NCBI GenBank assembly: GCA_021613535.1
Contig: CP075492.1
Span: 4,836,001 to 4,900,000 of the forward strand
Direction of reading: 5' to 3'
Length of the DNA: 64,000 nt
From: Adineta vaga
Lineage: Eukaryota; Animalia; Rotifera
The notes beneath the pieces were generated by a model that saw only the letters and a list, made by a program, of their open reading frames with translations, was not told where the DNA came from and ran no database searches. Position 1 is the stretch's first letter. Every line of letters begins with the position of its first letter. Positions 37,387-49,538 of the stretch are shown here, piece after piece. A program made the translations under genes and the position numbers.

Positions 37387-39776
37387 ATGACTGCTTTACT
37401 TCAAACATCTAAAAATGGTTCAATTACAGGTTTACTCGAACTATTCGATGATGTTGTTTCATTTCTCGATAATAATACTTACGAATCAACGCTTGGCTTA
37501 CACAAACTAACCGCTATTTGTAATAAATTCATTGGCATTCATGCCTTGGATCTATTTGATAATCCACTAATTATGAAACATAGACTTTTCTTCTTACTCA
37601 GTCGAACATTCAGCATGTTGTTATCAAAAATGATATTGGTTCCATTGACATCGGTCGATCAGGAATGTTTAGATGCAATTAGCTCATTTGTTGCTAATCT
37701 GTGTTTGTACAAGAATAAAACCATTGATTGTTTCTATACAGGTTTTAACGAAGAACTTAATCCAGAATCATATGAACAAATCTTTTTTACTAAACATTTC
37801 ATAGACAAATTTATTCGAATGGTAGAACATGATATTTCCGTCCATGATTATCCATCACCATATGATATTAAATACAAAATAACTGATCGTTTACTTCGTC
37901 TCTGGATGAAATTACAACATATGAATTACAAATGTATTCTTGATGCAGTAGTTAATTGTTTGATGTCGAGTAGTTATCTGAATGCATATGAAAGTATTGA
38001 TCTTCATAATCCAATATTAACCCCAAAACAATCATTATTTCTGTATCAATGTCCGAAATTTATTCGTCTGATGTCTTATGAACGGCAGGAAGCTATATCA
38101 CATATATTATGTGAAAAGATTTTAAGCGATACCAATGTCATACTTCGAAAGTACTTACCTGTTATTTTAGGACGTGAATCAAAACTAGTGCGAGAGACTA
38201 ATAAGAAGCCAAAAGAAAAAGTATTTACATGCATACCAGCTGGATTGTTTGACGATGAAAGAGGAGCAAAAATGCCTGCTATTGCTTGGAATATAGAATT
38301 ATTAAATTATTTTGCTTTGACATCAACAATAGCCATACGAAGTTGTTTTTATACAAGTATGTAATGATGTCAGTTAATCCTGATAAGAATAAAACAGATT
38401 TATATATTTTTTCGCTTAGATCATGATCGCAATGAGACAATGGTTGATCAAATGCTTGCTCTAATAAGTGAAGAATCTTTAATTAAAAGTGTTAAAGTAC
38501 ATGTTCTATCGTTCCATGCCGATGTTGCTCTTATGTCATATTCACTTGTACTGTTATATAATTTGGTATTTGACGAAACAATACATCGACATATAAAAGA
38601 CAAAAAACCATTTGATGCTCTCAAAGAACTTTATGTAGCGAAAGATAAAGTAATCCAATTTACATCACGCACATTAGCTGCAATTTTAAGAAAAGACAAA
38701 ATCGATAAAATTGATAATCCAGCGAAAATTGCAAAATCCTATTTATATTTGATCGAGAATACTCTTGAAGATCCATCATTGATATTTCATGGAATTAAAT
38801 TGGATGGAGTATTAACCAATTTGGAAAGTAAGTTATTATACACTTATATTTCATTATAGTAAGTATCATACGATAGTTGCGATATTTGAATGAGAAAACT
38901 TCAGTGGAGTGTATAAATAAACAGACCATTGTGACTAGAAAGAGTAACTTTGTTCCTTTTATTTTAGCTGTTGTTCAAAATGATGACGTGAAAGAAGAAA
39001 TTGTCAACGAAGATGGTATCAATTTGATAGGAGATATTGCATATCGTGAAGATCTAGATGAGAAAACCATACGTGATCCTACTATTCGAATTATTGAAGG
39101 TCTCTCGTTCGCAAAGGAAGGATATAAAAAAATTCTTGAAAATGAACGCTTATCAGCTTATTTGGATACATTGTTGCACGATAGAGATGCTGAGAAGAGA
39201 TCAATAGCAAAATATATCAATTGGAATGTTAAAGATCAGAATACTTTTATAAAAGACAAAACTTGCGAAACAGAATCTGGGCGAGCAGAAAACATACGAC
39301 CAAAAAACCTATTTGACATTAACAAAGCCATTTATCAATACGTTCCAGGTGATTACAAGTTTCGTTTGGATGATGAAAAAAGGTGGAAAAAAATCAATAT
39401 TCGAATTAGTTGTAGTCAACAAGATCAAAAGATATGCAATGATATTTACAATAAATTGATGGAATCCGACTTATACAACGTATCGTTCGATACATCCAAC
39501 TCACAACGTCCAGATCCTGAAGTACTGGCCAATGAAGTTGAACGTTCCTCTGTCGTTATTATATGTGCGTCAAATACATATCAAAATTCGTATCCATGCC
39601 GAATAGAAGCTGTTTATGCTAAGAAGAGAAATCGAAAAATTATTGCGGTTAAGTTCAATGACTATATTCCTTCAAAATGGTTAACTCGTATTATAGAAGA
39701 AGAACCTATTGTGTTTACACCCTCAAAATTTAATGAGGCATGGGCTCAATTACATGATACAATCAATAAAGAATAA
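37387..39776 (+). CDS. ARM-repeat-like solenoid + C-terminal TIR protein (gene E)
   Basis: Exons 37387-38356, 38420-38827, 38968-39776 in frame; helical ARM-like segments (LVLLYNLVF, VKEEIVNEDGINLI); TIR: IRISCSQQDQKIC...VERSSVVIICASNTYQNSYPCRIEAVYA...IIAVKF. Confidence 0.85.
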
Positions 39777-40029
39777 GAAAAATACTGAAACAGAACGCTA
39801 TAGTAGACGAAAAGATACCTTTTTTAAACTCTAACCTGCATTTGATAGTGACATTAACAATAAATATGTGATGCCGAAGCAATTCTTTTAATACACTATA
39901 ATTAGTTTTATCCTTACATATATCAATGTATCTTTTGTAGATAAAAATCTTTTTCAACCAACGGCGAATTCGTACAAAAGACAAAACAGTATTATTTGAT
40001 TAGAATATTTGTATCCTTCGAAGTATATC

Positions 40030-42090
40030 ATGGCTGAAAAAGAGAACACATTGAACAAAATGTCAACTCAAAATTCATCATCAGCGAAAATAGTTAAATG
40101 TAAACAAGAAATGACACAACAAAAAATTCTTGAAAATTGTATTGTCCTCTGGCTAGATGAAAATCTTGATTTTTCTACTGATCATAGTCAAAAATGGATT
40201 TCTCAACTTCGAAATATTGTCAATACCATCGAAACGTTTAATGATATCGATATATGTCTTGAATATTTAACTCAGCTCAAAGATGAGAAAATCTTCTTCA
40301 TTGTTTCCGCTTCTTTATTAAACCAAATTGCTGTTCTCGAAGACAAATTCATTCAACTCACTTCAATTTATGTGTTGTGTGACAATGCAGTAGCAACCAA
40401 TGATAATGTCAAAGCATTTAAAAAAGGAAAAGGTATCTTCACAACTATGAATCATCTTTGTAGCGAATTACAAAACGATGTTCGTCAAGTGGAGAAAAAT
40501 TTGACTTGCAGTACTACAATTTCGTCATCACCCAACTTAGATCCTAATGAACTTCCACCAACATTTATGTACTGTCATTTATTAAAAGAAAAATTCTTTA
40601 AACTTGAAGATGATCCCAATGCGAAAGACGAATATATCGAATATTGCAAACCACAGTATGAAAAGGATAAACATCAAAAATATTTAGCAGAACGTTTTCT
40701 GACGACGTATGATCGCGCATCTAAAACAGAATCACCTATTTGGTGGTATACAATGGAATGTTTCTTATATAAGATGCTCAATCATGCATTATGGACACTC
40801 GATATTGAGATTCTTATGAAAATGAGCTTCTATATTCGAGATCTTCACGAACAGATCAGTGAACGATATTCAAATCCAAAAGAAAAACATCCATCAGTTG
40901 TATATCGAGGACAAGAATTGTCGGAAGCAGATTTTAGGATGTTAAAGAAAGGCGATTTATTTGCATTCAATAATTTTCTTTCGACAACTATCGTTGAAGA
41001 AATAGCACGCAAATTTCTAAAGGGACCAAGCGGCGGACCTGATAGAGTTGGTATTCTATGGAAAATAGAAATTGATTCATCTGCTTCTTCCGTACCTTTT
41101 ACTGCAATCGAAGATATTACTGCTATGAAAAAAGAATTCGAAGTTCTTTTCTCCATTGGAGCGGTTTTTCGTATTGGTGACCTAGAGGAACGTGAAGATA
41201 ATGAAACTAATTTCTGGCAAGTTAAATTAACTTTAACAGATGGTCGTGATCCATCATTAAATCGTATAACTGATTGTATTCGAAGATCACTTGGTCCTGG
41301 AACTGGTTGGCGTCCATTGGCTCAACTAATGATCAAAATGAATCATTTTAGCAAAGCAAAAGAAATTTATGAGAAATTAAAGCCTGATGATAAGACTGGT
41401 GACAAAGTAGAATTAACTTTCTTTCATAATCAACTTGGTTATATTGAAAAACAAATGGGTCATTTAACTGAAGCTCTTGATCATTATCAAAAGGCTATTG
41501 ATTCTAGTAAAGAATGCATGTCTCCGAAAGATGCTCGCCTTTCCAGTGTATATTCGAATCTTGGTGCGATTCTGAAGAAGCTAAAGGATTTTGATGGAGC
41601 ATTAAAATATTTTGAACTTGTTCTGGAAATTGATCGTACTACAGCGGATCCCAATCGACTAGAAATTGCAATTGATTATAATAACATTGGCTCAATACTG
41701 GATGATCAAGGCAAATATTCTGAAGCTCTCAAGAATTATGAAAAAGCATTAGAGATTAAACTAGTTCATCTGCCCGCTCATCATCCATCTTTAGCCAATA
41801 ATTACAGTAACATTGGTGTAGTTCATCGTAAAATGGGTGATTGTTCGACAGCTTTGTCATACTATAAAAAGACTCTTACTATTCAAAACAAAAGTTTGCA
41901 ACCTAATCATTCTGCATTGATTGTTACACATAGTAACATGGCAACGGCATTGGAAAATCTTGGTAGGATTAACGAAGCGATTGAACATGCAAAAATGGCT
42001 GCTAACATTGCAAAGAATGCATTTGGAGAGAAACATTCTGAAACAAATAGACGGGCACAAATTTTACATGAACTTGAAAAAAGACGATAA
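40030..42090 (+). CDS. R-S-E ADP-ribosyltransferase + TPR protein (gene F), intronless
   Basis: VVYRGQ, NNFLSTT, EFEVLF catalytic motifs; PIWWYT..CFLYKMLN; about 42-aa kinesin-light-chain-type TPRs (YNNIG...QGKYSEALKNYEKALEI). Confidence 0.92.
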   Translation: MAEKENTLNKMSTQNSSSAKIVKCKQEMTQQKILENCIVLWLDENLDFSTDHSQKWISQLRNIVNTIETFNDIDICLEYLTQLKDEKIFFIVSASLLNQIAVLEDKFIQLTSIYVLCDNAVATNDNVKAFKKGKGIFTTMNHLCSELQNDVRQVEKNLTCSTTISSSPNLDPNELPPTFMYCHLLKEKFFKLEDDPNAKDEYIEYCKPQYEKDKHQKYLAERFLTTYDRASKTESPIWWYTMECFLYKMLNHALWTLDIEILMKMSFYIRDLHEQISERYSNPKEKHPSVVYRGQELSEADFRMLKKGDLFAFNNFLSTTIVEEIARKFLKGPSGGPDRVGILWKIEIDSSASSVPFTAIEDITAMKKEFEVLFSIGAVFRIGDLEEREDNETNFWQVKLTLTDGRDPSLNRITDCIRRSLGPGTGWRPLAQLMIKMNHFSKAKEIYEKLKPDDKTGDKVELTFFHNQLGYIEKQMGHLTEALDHYQKAIDSSKECMSPKDARLSSVYSNLGAILKKLKDFDGALKYFELVLEIDRTTADPNRLEIAIDYNNIGSILDDQGKYSEALKNYEKALEIKLVHLPAHHPSLANNYSNIGVVHRKMGDCSTALSYYKKTLTIQNKSLQPNHSALIVTHSNMATALENLGRINEAIEHAKMAANIAKNAFGEKHSETNRRAQILHELEKRR

Positions 42091-42290
42091 GTACAGTGTG
42101 AACTCTACATAGTTTTATTACATAACTTAGCTAGGATAAACATGAACAAAAATACAAATGAATTCAGTAATAAAACAAAGTGATTATATCGAAATCATTT
42201 AATTGACGAGAATATAAACGAAAGTCATCAATCATTCCATCAAATAATTTTGTATTGTTTAATCCATAGATACAAACGAATTGCCCAATG

Positions 42291-43591
42291 TTAATTGCAT
42301 GGACATGTTTCTTTCATTTGTACACCGTATTCATACGAACGAAGACCGCTCGTCGGGGAATAAGTAAATGCTACATATGACCATGTACGAGTTGAAATAG
42401 AATATTCGAAATTTATATCAATATATGTAGATTCTGAAGAAGTACGATGTCGCAAAATAAATGTACCAAGCTCAGTCAAACTAAGTAAAAGAGCATATGA
42501 TGAATCTTCCCATCAAGAATAGTGCTATTCGTAAATATATAAGCATATATCCAGAATGAGAAAGAATAGGATTGATTTGATGTATCGAAAAGTGCAGAAG
42601 TGGTTGTTTGAAAATACGATAAATTTGTATTAGAAGATATTGATTCATTGAATTGACCATCATTGGATATATTCACATTGATTGCTGTACAATTGATCTG
42701 ATTTGGTCCTACATGAAGAATTATCATGAAAGATAAAAGAGAATATAAATTGCACAATATCCTTACCTGAATCATAAAGAAACTTATCCGAATCGAATGT
42801 ATAGTGAAAAACTAGAGTTGCATCTTCAAGAATTTCCACTGGATCTTTCACTCGTGTGACTAATGATAATTCATCAATTAATCCATTGAAATATGTATTT
42901 AATTTTGGTGATCCTCCAATCACCAATGACGCAGTACTGGATCCAACATATGAACCTGAATTAGTGCTAAAACCACTTAATATACCATTGATATAAATGA
43001 GTTGTTCTTGTTTATCTGTATCATGTACAAATGCAACATGTGTCCAAGTATTCATTGGTTTACCATAGCTTAGAATGATCTTTAAACATTAAAATGGTAT
43101 ATTGTTAGTAGTATCAGAGCATTGTGCAAATATGAGAAAACCATTGAAAACCATACCAATACTAGGATTGATCCATGCTTCAATAGTAGAACTCGGTTGA
43201 CGAGTGAAAGTGTCGGTGTTGGAATTTCTATGTATTGTGAGCTTCGAGCAGCTACTGAGAGTGCACTACCAGAATTAGTTATACCAACAGACGATGAAAG
43301 ACTAGCTCTATGATGAGAAATCCCATTGTAAATATTATAAGAATCATTGTAATTGTTATCAAACGATCAGAATATTTTTGTAATCAATTCGCTTGGATAT
43401 TCTGATGGAATAGATGGGATTATTGTATTCGATGAAAAGTCACGACTAAGTTCTGTATTATTCAAATATATGATTATCGGTTGAATATTTTGAATGATAC
43501 AAATGCGAAGAGAACCACCATTTAGCAACCAATATTGAATTACACAAAATACAATAAGAAAAGCTGCAACTCCAACAAACGCTAATTTCAT
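42291..43591 (-). pseudogene. LamG/concanavalin-A-like tandem-domain pseudogene
   Basis: N-terminal hydrophobic segment; IF*SFDNNYND (Trp to TGA); frameshift before TIEAWINP; WTHVAFV...IYING...FNGLIDEL; second domain WSYVAFTYS truncated. Confidence 0.8.
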
Positions 43592-43698
43592 TTTTCTGTT
43601 CAATTAGCACTTTCTTTTGAAGAATATATAGACGTCTAAATTTATATAAGTTGCTCGCTGCCAACAACGGTAATGACGGCAATGCAGTCGAATTTATT

Positions 43699-45416
43699 TT
43701 ATTTTAGAATCAACCTACATATATTTGTATAAAACTCGAGAACCAATGGGATTTTTCTTTGTTCAATCAAGATTACGAATACTATAGAGCTTATAAAATA
43801 AACACTAAAAACTGGATACCACTTTATTCCAAGTGATTCTATTGTTCTTTCGAAATAAAATCGATTATTCTTATTATACATATGTTGAATATTTATTAAT
43901 CGTTTTTGATGTATATTATAATAAACATCCATCCAATTTGGTACATTTCTATCAATATAATTAATGTATGAATGTTTTGTTGAATCAGTATACAAAGTCA
44001 CATATACGTCATCTAACCAATTCATCTGTTGTTTTTCTTCTTCTTGATCATGCCAATAAACCATAAACTGTATACCAAATTTATAATTTCGATGTGGAAA
44101 TGCTGTCCGATCAACTGGAATTGTATTCATATATCCATTCCAAGGACTAAATCCCAAAACAAGTTGACCACTACCTGATGCTAATCGATCAATAAATTTA
44201 TCAAGACTATGATCACTTATTGGTTGATTATAGAATAAATGTTTTGCTTTGAAGTAATATGTTGGATATGATAAGTTTTCAAGTAATAATTGTCGATGAT
44301 CACCATTGAGTTGACCAACATCAGAACTCTCATAGATAAAAGTAAGCCAATCTCGTTCACGTGCAAGTGTTTTGTTTGGAGTAGGCAATGTCTGTAACAA
44401 GAGCGATATCGTTCTATTAAATTCATCTGATTCCATTCCAAAATGAGTGATCGAAATTAGTATATGACTAGGATTCACACCCATTTGCCAAAATATCTAG
44501 TTACTTAGATTGAATAAATTTTCATTGAATAAAAGTGATTGATATTGTTGGATTACTAATTTTGTGACATTTGCGTGCCAAGTGAATGAATAACTTTTGA
44601 CAAGTAAAGGAGATTTAATTAAACAAAATTTGAATTCTGTTACAATAACAAATAAACCTCCACCAGCACCACGCAATGTCCAAAATAATTCTGGTTCATG
44701 AGTTTCATTGATTGTCAATAGTTCACCTAAAGTCAAATAGTTGACTGTTGATGTATCAATGAAAACAAAACTGTACTAACCTTGAGCATTGACAACTTTC
44801 ATTTCTAAAATATTATCGGCTAGTAATCCATGTAATCGAACAAGATAACCATAAACACCACCGAGTGCAATACCAGATAGTCCAACCCATCCACAAGATC
44901 CAGCATTAATTGTATAGTTACCTTTTTCATATGTTCTATAATAGATTGGACCCCGTCTTGCTGATTGATGTTGATATGATTGATTGCTTTCATATTAATG
45001 ATAATATTGTTATGCATTGAACGTAAACCATAAGCTTCATAACTGTGCCCACCACCCAATGCATTTACAATATAATTTAATTTATTTGCACATCTAACAA
45101 CAGTTTGAATGTTGCCAGTATCTTCTACATAAACAACAAGAGCAGGTGAATGAGAAATTCGACCACCATGAATGCTTGATAGACTAATAACACTGAATTC
45201 ATTGTATCAATATTTTGAATTGTTTTGATGTGTTAATGTATCACATGGATAAACGGTTCGTACTGATGATGGCAATGATAGTGATAGGCATTCAAGTAGA
45301 TCATCATTGTTTGTTCGTGCGAGTTTTTGATTAGTATCATCACTTTTGGTCGTGCAAGTCACTTGAAAAACATACACGGATAGAATGAAGTATGGAATCC
45401 AGTTAAATTTAATCAT
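43699..45416 (-). pseudogene. Secreted FAD-linked oxidase (berberine-bridge-enzyme-like) pseudogene
   Basis: GGGHSYE FAD-His motif, ELFWTLRGAGGG.F.IVT, TAFPHR, SYINYID..Y..NNRF BBE tail; frameshift/deletion near 44955 and in-frame stop at 44497. Confidence 0.85.
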
Positions 45417-46328
45417 TATAGTATAAAAAAAGATGAATTTATTTCTATCAGATATGATAGAAACCTAAGTAAGAACAATATGTATGACGGAATATTCGAT
45501 GAGGAAATTACAATTACCTTGTATGCTATCTTCACTATAGTGTTAATAGAGAATACGTGCAATAATATATGAGAGAGAAAAGAATAGAGAAAATATTTAT
45601 TGGCGTAGCTTACCTTTTCGATCAATGACTATAAAATATATTGAATCCCTGGGCATGAATGAATATTTATCGAATCAGTGAAAAAAGATAGACGGGTAGC
45701 GTTGTTGAATTAACAAGTGTTTATTACATCTATACATGTTTGTATTATAAGAAGTCGAGCAAGAAAAGGGCACAAAATAGGAGGACGGTGTAGGTGTGAT
45801 AAGGGACCAACATTCACATTCAAGAATTTATTCTTTTCATGAGCAAAAAACGAAAATATTGAAAATTTCTTCTGATATTTTCAATGGCTTCTTTCACAAT
45901 GCCATTGTTTCGGATGATTTCAGACTTTGTTGTTATATGAAGGAGCTTTTGAATAATTACCAACTATAAATCATGTGTTTGACCAGTATTGTAGTAGAAT
46001 CCAGGAAGATCAGAATAATGCGAAGGTAAATTTTTTTATCCTAATTTTAATTAAGTAGTAGGATATTCAAGTGCTATTGTTATATTGAAAAAAAAAACAT
46101 TTAAAACTATTGCTAATTATATATTTGATTTACATTTTTCTTCAAAAGAGTGAAAGCGTGTTGAGAGTGATTAAGAGTGACAGGTCTATTTCATACCGAC
46201 ATTCTCTCAATTATTTATTGAATTATTTTCCAAAAAAAGTAATTTTAGTATAGAAAATCATTGAATACAAATACGAAGTGCAGTAGAGTAATACTATCAT
46301 ATCCTTAATTACAACGATTTTTTAAATT

Positions 46329-47660
46329 CTAAAATCTATCACTAGGTTTTATATCCGTGAGTTTCATTAGTGTATGCGCTAGTTTAAATATTGCAGCGAA
46401 ACTAGCAACATCTGTTATGATATTTAGAGAATAGATGACGACGGACACGGTTAGATCAGTAGCAATATATCTCATGTGATAGATATCTCGTTTACATTCA
46501 GGTGGTGGTTGTGGAGGTAGAGAAGTAGGAGCTCTCATTTGTTGATATTCTGTTTCGATACCAAACAGAAACTGTTTGAATGGATTCCACCATTGAAGAA
46601 CATTTGTTGTATATTGCGTGGACGATTGTTGACGGACTACTTCAGGTAGCATTCGAGGAAATGCAGCAGTATGGTCAGTTGAATAGAGTTCTTGAGGTGA
46701 TAGTGACGTTTCTGTCATTTTCGTGGCAGAATTCACTACGTGAGAAGTGTTTGAGTTATCAGCTGATGACAATGTTGAAATTTGTGTAGTACTTTGGGAT
46801 GAATCAAGATCTATTGGGATTGAATTGATTCTTGATGTAATCAAATCAGTTTGAGATGTCAGTTTAATATGTTCTTGAGTAGTGAAATATGTATGATAAT
46901 TTGTCCATGGTTCTGTATTCGTTACGATAGGAGTAATCGTTGTTAACGGATTATCTCCGTTTGTTGTTGTTGTTGTACTATTGATGGCAGACCAAATATC
47001 TTGTAATTTTTCGGGTATAAGATCGATTGATTTACGCAATAACAACGAGGTGACAAGACTTATATTTTGTAGATATTTATCATAAATTTCTTGAGTTGTA
47101 TTAGCGACGGGGATCCACCAATCGAGAACGTTTGTTGAGGTACCATTTATCGTTGTGTTGTCAATGATTCGATCGGTATCACTGACGAATGTAGGGATAG
47201 ATTCAATCAATTGCCAGAGACGTATTTGTTGTTCTTGCTGTTTCTGTAACAAGTACGACTGCCGTGAAGCTGATACTAGTCTAGTATTAGTCGTAGCTTT
47301 CAGACAGTCTTCATAGGTATTCTGTAATGAGTGCCAAGCTTCTGTACATTCTGTATCATTTCCTACTTTATAATAGCAAGCCTCATATCGTGTGTTTGTC
47401 AGTTGTTCAAAATTTAAACGTATTGTGTATAAATAAGTTGAGCCGACCAATTCTGGAAGCGATCAGAAATGTCTTCAGTCCAATAAATAATTGTAAGTAG
47501 ATCTTTTTCTTTGTGCAAAGACAAGCTAGACCAATAAGAGGATCAATAATTTTAAGACAAGCAGTGAGAATTTCATAGATAAATGTTGCAAAATATTTGC
47601 TGCGATCGAGCATTTTTGTATTTCGATCAGCATTAATTTTTGATACACCATGAGAACCGA
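46329..47660 (-). CDS. Unknown multi-pass membrane protein with a large Thr/Ser-rich extracellular loop; apparent frameshift near 47460
   Basis: 373-aa ORF with Cys and T-rich stretch and C-terminal hydrophobic helix; upstream hydrophobic helices in another frame after acceptor TTTGTTTCAG; 5' exons unresolved. Confidence 0.5.
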
Positions 47661-48594
47661 CTGAAACAAATTAGACAAAAAAAGATGAAGATACAATGTA
47701 TGACATAGTTCTTATAAGAGCATTGTGGATATAAAGGTAAAGATCTTATTGTGGTAACTGCTCATCTTACGTCTATTAATTATACTCGCGTACATAGATC
47801 AAGCTTACAAAAATATGTTCTATCGTTAACTCGTTCGTGCTGTAGTTGGAAGAAATTCTTTTACAGTACATTACTTACTCACTAAAGTTGAAATACCCAT
47901 TAATAATGAAATAACTAACCAAATTTTTAGTCCCCAATTTTTTGCACTTCGTAGAAAGCCCATTTTCTCCTTCAAGCTGTTCGTATTCAATGATCAGTTC
48001 CGAAAATGAAATGAGAATAAATATGCATTAATACAGTACAACAGTACCAATAATCCATATTAGTTTTCATGATTTCACTTTTTCTAGTTATTTATGGTAA
48101 AGATTAGCATCTGTTAAAACAGAATTTTTAAATGAGCTTCTGTTGACATCTAGTTTCATAACGCATCTAAAGTTACAATATTTTAATCGCTTCATGGTCA
48201 TATCTGACAAATAAGCCGTAGTATATAAGATTACAATAAATATGTTGTTGGTAGATAAAACACTCTGATAAAATACTCGAATGAAATGTATATGTCTATA
48301 AAACATTCAGCAGAGTTCCATGAAAATAAAACGTACCATAGAGTGTAAATATCATAGATTAGGTTAAATGTAGACGAGAGAATCTCTTCTTTACTCTTTA
48401 ACTCATTGAAAACGACGATATTGCTGTTCCTTTTTTTCGATAATAAATGAAGAATGTGGAAAACAATCAAGTGAACAATGTGCTCTTCGTATATAAAGCT
48501 TGTTGTTAACAGCTGACTCAATTCGTAATTTATTTCGTAAACAGACAAGTTTTATATCTCATGAAATTTAGTGCATGGAAAGAGATCATGTGCT

Positions 48595-49411
48595 TTATTT
48601 AGAAAACGAATGCCCACATAATGAACAAAAATTAACTGTTAGATTTGATCGTAGTGCATTACATTGAGAACAAAATCTTGGGAATAGATCAGAATACAGA
48701 GGCGGTTGAGAATCATCTTGTTGCTCAAACGTTAATATTGAATCTGGCGCAACTTGATTTGAATGATGGATTGCGCCGTTTACAATTGTAGAATGGCCAA
48801 TATCAATCACTAACTGAAAAGTATGAAAGAAAAGAGTTAATATTTCTTGTAATACAAACATTTTTTTCAATAAATAAACAATACTTACATGACCGAAGTC
48901 GTTTGGACCTTCATTGGCAACTAATCTCCAAGTGCATGATGTTGACGATCTGCAAGAATATTTGATGGATTCTTTGGTGACTGCTTGTAGAAATTTCCTA
49001 TCACGTCGAAATTTTATCATGAAACATGCACAACAAGAAGACCATAAGCCAACATGAGCTGATAACATTCCTATGTTGAGCAATACTGTATTCAGAGAAG
49101 TATCCTTAGTTGTTGTCTGTGCACCAATGATAAAACATATTCCAAAGGTGACAAGTACAAGGAAAAAAATACATATATAGTAAAATTTCTTTTTGTTTGA
49201 CAAAACTGGATGATTTATTCGATCTAGTGAGTCTAGAAATTCCACTGGACCAATAATTCCAACTAAATCAGTTGGATACACTGAATCAAATCCGGTATTA
49301 AAACATACATCTGAAACTTCAGAAATAAGAATATGTTAAACAGAAGAATCAGAACATACTTTTATGAAGTGGTATATAAATGGAATGTGGACGTTGGGAA
49401 CTATTGATCAT
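48595..49411 (-). CDS. ERF4/GOLGA7-like N-terminus, 2 TM helices, PPxY motif, C-terminal zinc ribbon
   Basis: FDSVYPTDLVGIIGPVEFLDSLDRIN; QPPLYS; CSQC...CSLCG; three exons with canonical introns. Confidence 0.7.
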
Positions 49412-49538
49412 AGTATGTATTTAAACTAAAACAAAAAAAAGCTTCACTTGACAATTAAAAGAAAATTCTATTAAGATCCATAAACAGAAAACATCTATTT
49501 TCACAAAATTTTTTATTAGATATCAAAAGAAAATTTCT

